Below are positions 57,840 to 64,000 of a DNA stretch of 64,000 nucleotides, in pieces. Origin of the DNA: Acidobacteriota bacterium (GTDB lineage: Bacteria > Acidobacteriota > CAIWXX01); assembly GCA_040755995.1 (NCBI GenBank), contig JBFMAF010000013.1:757-64756 (forward strand), read 5' to 3'. How positions within the stretch are numbered: the stretch's first letter is position 1; every line of letters begins with the position of its first letter. Both the position numbers and the translations under genes were made by a program. The notes below the pieces were generated by a model, which made no database searches, was not told the DNA's origin, and worked only from the letters and a program-made list of their open reading frames with translations.

Positions 57840-60182
57840 TTGGTGTCCATGCATGAATCAGCCGAACTGATCCGGCTTCTGAAGGAGCAGGTATCGCTGT
57901 TCAAGACCTTCGAGGACGAGCGCATCGAGGAGCTCGTGCGCGGATCGCGACAGATTACCATCGAGCCCAACGAGTCGGTTATTCGCTTCGGCGAAGAGGG
58001 GCGGTTCCTCGGGATCCTGCTCGACGGGCAGGCGGAGGTCTCCGTTACCGACGACCGCGGCGACAAACACCCGCTGCATGTCTTGCAGCCAGGCGAGATC
58101 TTCGGCGAGATGTCGCTCATGACCGGCGACAGGACCATGGCCGACGTGATAGGCCTGACCCGCTGCAGAGCGCTGCTCGTGCCCCAGCGCCTCTTCTCCA
58201 CCCTCATCGCCTCCCACCCGCCCTCGGTTGTTCAGCTGTCCAGGACGATCGTGGAGCGCCTGCGAAGTATGGCGTATGAGGAGAAAGGCAGTGAGCTGGC
58301 TGCGTCCGCCCTGAGACGCAGCGAGGATCCCTACGGCTTCCTGCTGCGCACAGAAGAGCCTGTGAGGATCCTGGTCATCAACTGCGGATCCTCCTCCCTG
58401 AAGTACAACCTGTTCGACACAGCAGATCCGCAGGCCAACGCGCGGGGCGGTATCGAACGAATCGGTGAGGACGGCACCCGCCTGACCCAGCGGACCTCCC
58501 GCGGCGAGACGCGCCGCGACCTGCCGCGCGGGGGACACGGCCAGGCATTCGCCGCCATGATCGAGGCGATGACGACCGGGGACGGAGCCGTGTTGCGGTC
58601 GCCGGGTGAGGTCTCGGCAGTGGGTCATAGGGTGGTGCATGGCGGCGACAGGCACAGCCACGCAACCGTCGTCACCGATGACGTGATCAAGGACATCGAG
58701 CAGGCGGCGTCCTTCGCGCCGCTCCATAATCCCGTCAATCTGATCGGCATCCGGGAGGCCCGCGCGCTGTTCCCTGACGCGCCGCAGGTGGCGGTGTTCG
58801 ACACCGCGTTTCATCAGAACATGCCGCCTTACGCCTATCTCTACGGCCTGCCATACGAGTACTATGAGGGGAAGCACCTGCGCCGATACGGCTTCCACGG
58901 CATCTCGCACAAGTACGTGTCGCTGAAGGTGGCGGAGTACATGAAACGGCCCTACAACGAGCTCGAGACCGTCGTGTGCCACCTGGGAAACGGGGCCTCG
59001 ATCTGCGCCATCGATCACGGACGCTCGGTCGACACGTCCATGGGGCTGACGCCCGCCGAGGGGCTCATGATGGGCACGCGGTGCGGCGACATGGACCCTG
59101 CGATTCTCGTGCACCTGATGCAAACCGAAGGGCTCGGGCCGGACGCACTGAACCGGCTCATCAACAAGGAGGGCGGATTGCGCGGGCTGTCGGGCGTTTC
59201 GAACGACATGCGCGAGATCGAAGCCGCGGCCGAAGCGGGCAGCCACCGGGCGCTGCTGGCGCTGAAGACCTTCTCGTACCGCGTGCGCAAGTACGTCGGC
59301 GCTTACGTGGCTGCGATGGGCGGCATCGACGCACTGGCCTTCACCGGCGGCATCGGGCAGGGCAGCGTGGGCGTGCGCAGCCTTGCGTGCCAGGGACTCA
59401 GCCACATGGGCATACGGATCGACGAGCAAAAGAATCGGGATGCGCGGGGGTTCGAGCGCGTCTGCGATATCTCGGCTGAAGATTCCGTGACCCACATCCT
59501 GGTCGTGCCGACCGACGAGGAACGTATGATTGCGCGCGAGACGCTGCGCGCGCTGGAGCGCGGCTACGTGGCCGACATTCTCAGCAAGCAGGAGCCGACG
59601 CCGGTGCCGATCGAAGTCTTGTCGCACCACGTGCATCTGGCGCAGGAGCACGTCGAGGCGCTGTTCGGCCCCGGCCATCAGTTGACACCGGTCGACGAGG
59701 GGTCATGGCCGGGGAGGTTTCTGTGTGAAGAACGCCTGAGGCTGGTCGGCCCCAAGGGTCACATCGACGACGTGCGCGTGCACGGCCCAGCGCGCAGGAC
59801 GACTCAAGTCGAGATAGCGCTCACGGAGCAGTTTAGGCTGGGTGTGGACGCTCCGATCCGGGAATCGGGTGACCTGGAGAATACGCCGGGCGTCTGGGTC
59901 GTGGGCAGCCATGGATCGATTGCGTTGGACAAGGGGGTCATCTGTGCGATGCGCCACATTCACATGACCCCCGAGGACGCATTGCGGATGGGGCTGAAAG
60001 ACAAGGACGTCGTGCAGGTGTCCGTGCCGGGCGAACGGCGGCTCATATTCGGCGACGTGCTGGTGCGAGTCAGCCCGACCTACAAGCTCGCGATGCACCT
60101 CGACACCGACGAAGGCAACGCCGCGAACATCACGGCCGGTGCGATCGGGCACGTCGACAGTATACAAGGCCGGAAGCAGTGA
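57840..60182 (+). CDS. tri-domain fusion of cyclic-nucleotide-binding domain, acetate kinase, and PduL-type phosphotransacylase
   Basis: cNMP fold (FGEMSLMTGDRTMADVIGL). AckA (ILVINCGSSSLKYNLFD, VHGGD, HLGNGASICAI, GTRCGDMDP). Two PduL repeats (LSHHVHLAQEHVEALFGPGH; AMRHIHMTPEDALRMGL; RVSPTYKLAMHLDTDEGNAANI) nearly collinear with Salmonella PduL. Confidence 0.8.
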   Translation: MVSMHESAELIRLLKEQVSLFKTFEDERIEELVRGSRQITIEPNESVIRFGEEGRFLGILLDGQAEVSVTDDRGDKHPLHVLQPGEIFGEMSLMTGDRTMADVIGLTRCRALLVPQRLFSTLIASHPPSVVQLSRTIVERLRSMAYEEKGSELAASALRRSEDPYGFLLRTEEPVRILVINCGSSSLKYNLFDTADPQANARGGIERIGEDGTRLTQRTSRGETRRDLPRGGHGQAFAAMIEAMTTGDGAVLRSPGEVSAVGHRVVHGGDRHSHATVVTDDVIKDIEQAASFAPLHNPVNLIGIREARALFPDAPQVAVFDTAFHQNMPPYAYLYGLPYEYYEGKHLRRYGFHGISHKYVSLKVAEYMKRPYNELETVVCHLGNGASICAIDHGRSVDTSMGLTPAEGLMMGTRCGDMDPAILVHLMQTEGLGPDALNRLINKEGGLRGLSGVSNDMREIEAAAEAGSHRALLALKTFSYRVRKYVGAYVAAMGGIDALAFTGGIGQGSVGVRSLACQGLSHMGIRIDEQKNRDARGFERVCDISAEDSVTHILVVPTDEERMIARETLRALERGYVADILSKQEPTPVPIEVLSHHVHLAQEHVEALFGPGHQLTPVDEGSWPGRFLCEERLRLVGPKGHIDDVRVHGPARRTTQVEIALTEQFRLGVDAPIRESGDLENTPGVWVVGSHGSIALDKGVICAMRHIHMTPEDALRMGLKDKDVVQVSVPGERRLIFGDVLVRVSPTYKLAMHLDTDEGNAANITAGAIGHVDSIQGRKQ

Positions 60183-60346
60183 GCTCAGCCCGCGTTGCCG
60201 CGGGCTCCGTCGCGAAGGCGACTGGCGGTGCGCGCCTCCCGGCACGCTCCGCTCAGCGAACTCAGGCCGGCCGGGCTCATCGCCGGCCAGCCTGACTCAT
60301 TCAGGCGCGGACTGCCATGGCGCCAGCATTGCTGCCAGGGAACCGC

Positions 60347-61399
60347 TCACCTTCTCAATGAGGAAATGTCGACGACAAATCGGTACTTGACGTCGCTCCT
60401 GAGCATCCGGTCGTATGCTTCGTTGATCTTCTGCACAGGGATGACCTCGACGTCGGACAGGATGTTATGCCCGTTGCAGAAATCGAGCATCTCCTGCGTC
60501 TCCTTGATGCCTCCGATGAGCGAGCCTGCCAGTTGCCGCCTTCCCATAATCAGGTTCATCACGCTGGGAGACGGATGCGGTGTAGCGGGAGCGCCCACAA
60601 GGCACATGGTACCGTCGCGTTTCAGCAGCGCGAGGTACTGGTCGAGATTGTGGGTGAAGGAGACCGTGTTGAGGATGAAGTCGAAACTGCTGGCATGCCT
60701 CTTGAAGTCATCGGGATTGTTGGAGATCACGACCTCGTCCGCGCCCATCCGCACGGCATCTCCGGTCTTGCCGGGCGAGGAGGTGAACAGGACGACGTGG
60801 GCCTCGAGTGCGTGGGCGATCTTGACGCCCATGTGCCCGAGGCCGCCGAGCCCCACAATGCCCACCTTCCGGCCTTTGGTCGCATTCCAGTGACGCAGGG
60901 GCGAGTAGGTCGTGATGCCGGCGCAGAGCAACGGCGCTACCCCGGCAAGATTCTGCGTTCCCGGCACGTGCAGCACGAAATGCTCGTCCACCACGATGTG
61001 ACCCGAGTAGCCGCCGTAGGTCTGCTTTCCAGTGTGCTCGTCCTTGCTGTTGTAAGTCAGCACGAGCTTTCTGCGGCAGAATTGCTCGAGACCTTCCCGG
61101 CAATCCGGGCACGCGCGGCACGAATCGACCATACATCCTACGGCTGCGAAGTCGCCGGCCTTGAACCCGCTGACTGCGACTCCAGCTTTCGTCACGCGTC
61201 CGACGATTTCATGCCCCGGGACCACCGGGTACGTCGTGTTCCTCCACTCATTCCGCGCTGTGTGCAAATCCGAATGGCAGATGCCGCAGTAAAGGATTTC
61301 GATCTGCACGTCCTTGGGACCAGGCTCGCGCCGCTCGAACTCGAAGTACTCCAGAGGTGAGGTTTCGCTGTGCGCCGCGAAGCCGTGTGCCTTGCTCAT
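60347..61399 (-). CDS. NADP-dependent zinc alcohol dehydrogenase (YahK/CAD family)
   Basis: GICHSDLHTARNEW, GHEIVGRV, structural-zinc Cys cluster (CRACPDCREGLEQFC), GLGGLGHMGVK Rossmann fold. Confidence 0.85.
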   Translation of the reverse strand: MSKAHGFAAHSETSPLEYFEFERREPGPKDVQIEILYCGICHSDLHTARNEWRNTTYPVVPGHEIVGRVTKAGVAVSGFKAGDFAAVGCMVDSCRACPDCREGLEQFCRRKLVLTYNSKDEHTGKQTYGGYSGHIVVDEHFVLHVPGTQNLAGVAPLLCAGITTYSPLRHWNATKGRKVGIVGLGGLGHMGVKIAHALEAHVVLFTSSPGKTGDAVRMGADEVVISNNPDDFKRHASSFDFILNTVSFTHNLDQYLALLKRDGTMCLVGAPATPHPSPSVMNLIMGRRQLAGSLIGGIKETQEMLDFCNGHNILSDVEVIPVQKINEAYDRMLRSDVKYRFVVDISSLRR

Positions 61400-61684
61400 T
61401 TGTGTCCTCCTGTTTCATGGCTGTGCCCTTCTCGATGGCACCTGCACCAGGCATGCAAACGTCTCGTTCCTGGCTTGCCTGCCCCATCCAGGAGGATAGT
61501 CGTCCGGCCCAATGAGTTCAAGTCCTATGCGTCACACTGGGACACGAGGTATACAATTCAATTGCGCGCATGGATGCTTCCAGCTACCATTGGCAGACAG
61601 TGACGAAAAACGGGGATTACGGCTTGTTCAAGCGCCACATACCACAGAGTTTCCGAACGTCACACACTTCATAGGAGGGTAGTC

Positions 61685-63424
61685 TTGATTCTGACGCGAT
61701 GGCTGGTTTCCGGTGTCCTGCTGTTCTCCATGGTGGTGCCGCGGAGCGCGGCGCCATGCACGACGACTCTGATCACCAAAGGCGCCACAGTGGACGGTTC
61801 CGTGTTCGTCTCGCACTCCGACGACGACGAGCTCGGGGATCAACGGATCATCTATGTGCCGGCGGCGGACCACAAGCCCGGCGAGAAGCGGCCGGTTCAC
61901 TACGATGCATCCTGCTATGGCGCGATGCCGGAGTACGGTGTGGGCCTGCCGCGGTACGTTGGCACCGGCCGCGGTCCGGGCTACGTCAACAAGAGTCTCC
62001 CGCCCGACACGCCCATCGGCTACGTCGATCAGGTGCCTCACACCTACGCCTACTTCGACGCGAACTACGGCATCATGAATGAGCACCAGCTGTGTTTCGG
62101 CGAATGCACGGACGGGGCGAAGGTGGAGCCGCTGCCCGAGCCGGGCAAGCGCATGTTCTACAGCTCCGAGTTGTCCCGCGTGGCGCTCGAACGGTGCACC
62201 AAGGCGCGCGAGGCGATCAAGCTGATGGGGTCGCTCATCGATCAGTACGGCTACTACGGCACCGGCGAGACGCTCCTGGTGGCCGACACCGAAGAGGGCT
62301 GGGTGTTCGAAATGTGCGGCTACGACCTGAACGGGAAGGACGGGCTGTGGGTCGCCAAGAGAGTGCCCGACGGCGAAGTGTTCGTCGCGGCCAACGAGTT
62401 TCGCATCCGCGACGTGGAGCCGAATTCACCCGACATGATGCACTCGGCCAACCTCTTCGACGTGGCGCAGAAGCTAGGATGGTGGAAACCATCGGACGGC
62501 AAGCTCGACTGGCTCAAGACCGTTTCCAACGGCGAGTACAACCACCCGTACTACTCGCTGAGACGCGTGTGGAGCCTGCTGAGGCGGCTGCAGCCGTCGG
62601 CTAACTACAGCCCGTGGGTGGAAGACGGTTTCACACGCGCCTACCCGTTCTCGGTGAAGCCCGACAAGAAGCTGGCGCTCTCGGACGTCTTCGCTCTGCA
62701 CCGGGACCACTACGAGGGCACGGAGTTCGATCTGACGAAGGGGCCGGCGGCCGGGCCGTACGGATCGCCAAACCGTTTCATCGGGAAGTACGACGGCAAC
62801 CAGAACAACGTCAGCACGCCGGGCCAGACGATGTGGGGCGCGTGGGAGCGGGCGATCTCGGTCTTCTACTGCGGCTACACGCAGGTAAACCAGGCGCGGA
62901 GCGCGTTCCCGGATCCGATCGGAGGCGTCTGCTGGTTCGGTCCCGACAGACCTTCGGAAACGTGCTTCGTCCCATTCTATGTCGGAGTGACCGGCCTGCC
63001 GCAGACGTATCAGGCCGGAAGTACGGAGGCCTTCCAATTGAAGGCGGCATGGTGGGCGTTCGACTTCGTCTCGAACTGGGCCGACCTGAAGTATAGCTAC
63101 ATGAAGGAGGACGTACGGGCGAAGCAGGCCGAGCTCGAGACAAAGGAGCTGTCGGTGCAGAAGGCCGTGGATATCGCCGCGGCGGAACTGTACAAGACCA
63201 GCCCCGAGCGGGCGCGCGAGTATCTCACCGACTACTGCACGGACAACGCCACGCGTGTCATGGCCGAGTGGTGGGCGCTGGCCGGCAAGCTGGTCCAGAA
63301 GTACGCCGACGGGTACGTGAATGAACCGGGCAACATGGCTCAGGAAGTCGGCTATCCGGAGGAATGGCTGAAGCGGGTGGGCTACGACAAGGGACCCATC
63401 ACGTACAAACAGCCTGGCAAGTAG
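61685..63424 (+). CDS. secreted peptidase C69-family dipeptidase (Ntn-hydrolase)
   Basis: AGGAGGG RBS then TTG start. Signal peptide MILTRWLVSGVLLFSMVVPRSAAP|CTTTLI, with cleavage predicted to expose the catalytic Cys1. C69 dipeptidase pattern. Confidence 0.7.
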   Translation: MILTRWLVSGVLLFSMVVPRSAAPCTTTLITKGATVDGSVFVSHSDDDELGDQRIIYVPAADHKPGEKRPVHYDASCYGAMPEYGVGLPRYVGTGRGPGYVNKSLPPDTPIGYVDQVPHTYAYFDANYGIMNEHQLCFGECTDGAKVEPLPEPGKRMFYSSELSRVALERCTKAREAIKLMGSLIDQYGYYGTGETLLVADTEEGWVFEMCGYDLNGKDGLWVAKRVPDGEVFVAANEFRIRDVEPNSPDMMHSANLFDVAQKLGWWKPSDGKLDWLKTVSNGEYNHPYYSLRRVWSLLRRLQPSANYSPWVEDGFTRAYPFSVKPDKKLALSDVFALHRDHYEGTEFDLTKGPAAGPYGSPNRFIGKYDGNQNNVSTPGQTMWGAWERAISVFYCGYTQVNQARSAFPDPIGGVCWFGPDRPSETCFVPFYVGVTGLPQTYQAGSTEAFQLKAAWWAFDFVSNWADLKYSYMKEDVRAKQAELETKELSVQKAVDIAAAELYKTSPERAREYLTDYCTDNATRVMAEWWALAGKLVQKYADGYVNEPGNMAQEVGYPEEWLKRVGYDKGPITYKQPGK

Positions 63425-63431
63425 CGGTCTG

Positions 63432-64000
63432 TCATCCACCCAGCGCGATGGCCACACCCACGAGTGTGCCGCCGAGCAGGAACATGGCCCCACCGGACCG
63501 CCATGGATTTGTGCCGGTATAGTGCGCCCACCGAAAACCGAGAACGAACAGGAGACCGAGCAACAGGCCGTTGGAGACTCGCAAGGCTGCCATGGGATCT
63601 TTCAAGATCATAAACGGCACCGCCGCCGGAACCGTGCATAGGAACTCCAGGCAGAAGATGGCAAGCGCACCGAGCAGATCCTCTTTCTTCACGCGCGTCC
63701 TCCGAGGCGCGGCGCGCGACATGACGGTGAGAATCCCTCTGTACAGCCGTTCGCGTTCCTGCTCGGTCGTGACCGGCTGCAGTTGCGGGTCCAGTTCGCG
63801 CGCGATCCTGGCGAGGGCGGCAGGTTCATCGGGGGCTTTGCGGAAGGCTTCGATGAACCGCACTCGCCGGCCTCGCTCCATGAGCTCGTTGGCGACGTAC
63901 AGGAATCCGTCGATGATCCCCCAGGCGATGTTGCAGCCGATCGTGGCTGCCAACAACTGGCCGACACCCTTTTCACCCTTTGCAACGAGCATCCCCGAAG
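63432..64000 (-). CDS. VIT1/CCC1-family (iron/manganese transporter-like) membrane protein, probably truncated at the window edge
   Basis: C-terminal TM helices (LLGLLFVLGFRWAHYTG..., MFLLGGTLVGVAIALGG) are preceded by a VIT-family cytoplasmic region. The N-terminus is possibly outside the window. Confidence 0.5.
   Translation of the reverse strand, partial: SGMLVAKGEKGVGQLLAATIGCNIAWGIIDGFLYVANELMERGRRVRFIEAFRKAPDEPAALARIARELDPQLQPVTTEQERERLYRGILTVMSRAAPRRTRVKKEDLLGALAIFCLEFLCTVPAAVPFMILKDPMAALRVSNGLLLGLLFVLGFRWAHYTGTNPWRSGGAMFLLGGTLVGVAIALGG

Noticed and set aside
56929-57870. 313-aa plus ORF and 298-aa minus ORF (56789-57685) filling the lipase/AckA gap
   Set aside because: They are mutually overlapping and low-complexity, have no motifs, and show no RBS. 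They are more likely non-coding or decayed sequence; only the small 57221-57469 ORF was kept as a low-confidence candidate.

Overview
This is a high-GC (about 65-70%), gene-dense bacterial chromosomal window. The phylum is not resolvable from sequence alone. An archaeal-type ProRS, RNase J, a yaaT-holB-tmk block and numerous secreted proteins are compatible with Acidobacteria- or Gemmatimonadetes-like lineages, among others.

Housekeeping genes dominate. Recognisable ones are proS, pcm, nadB, mrcA (PBP1A), ftsK, rnj, rarA, pgsA, holB, tmk, rpmB, htrA-like, and groES-groEL. All were recognised from conserved motifs in the six-frame translations. Gene starts are approximate, because the ORF track appears to extend to the furthest ATG/GTG/TTG. 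Many long antisense ORFs are GC-driven artefacts.

Three accessory systems are present:
- A type IV pilus minor-pilin / tip-adhesin cluster (12008-15921 PilY1-like with N-terminal vWA, then FimT/GspH-like, PilV-like, PilW-like, PilX-like and an Ig-like lipoprotein) sits next to a secreted M43 metalloprotease.
- An OmpR/histidine-kinase two-component system is preceded by three tandem 60-bp repeats.
- A MoxR-DUF58-transglutaminase operon is also present.

The most unusual single gene is a tri-domain fusion of a cyclic-nucleotide-binding domain, acetate kinase, and a PduL-type phosphotransacylase (57840-60182).

The non-coding DNA has a strong and unusual texture:
- Short tandem heptanucleotide repeats recur at operon junctions and gene ends.
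- A dispersed composite element, (GAGAGNN)n plus a GCGAGGCGCGGCCTCGC hairpin, occurs at 8 or more gene ends.
- Stop codons of three genes are embedded in copies of that element.

No rRNA, tRNA, CRISPR array, transposase or integrase was recognised.
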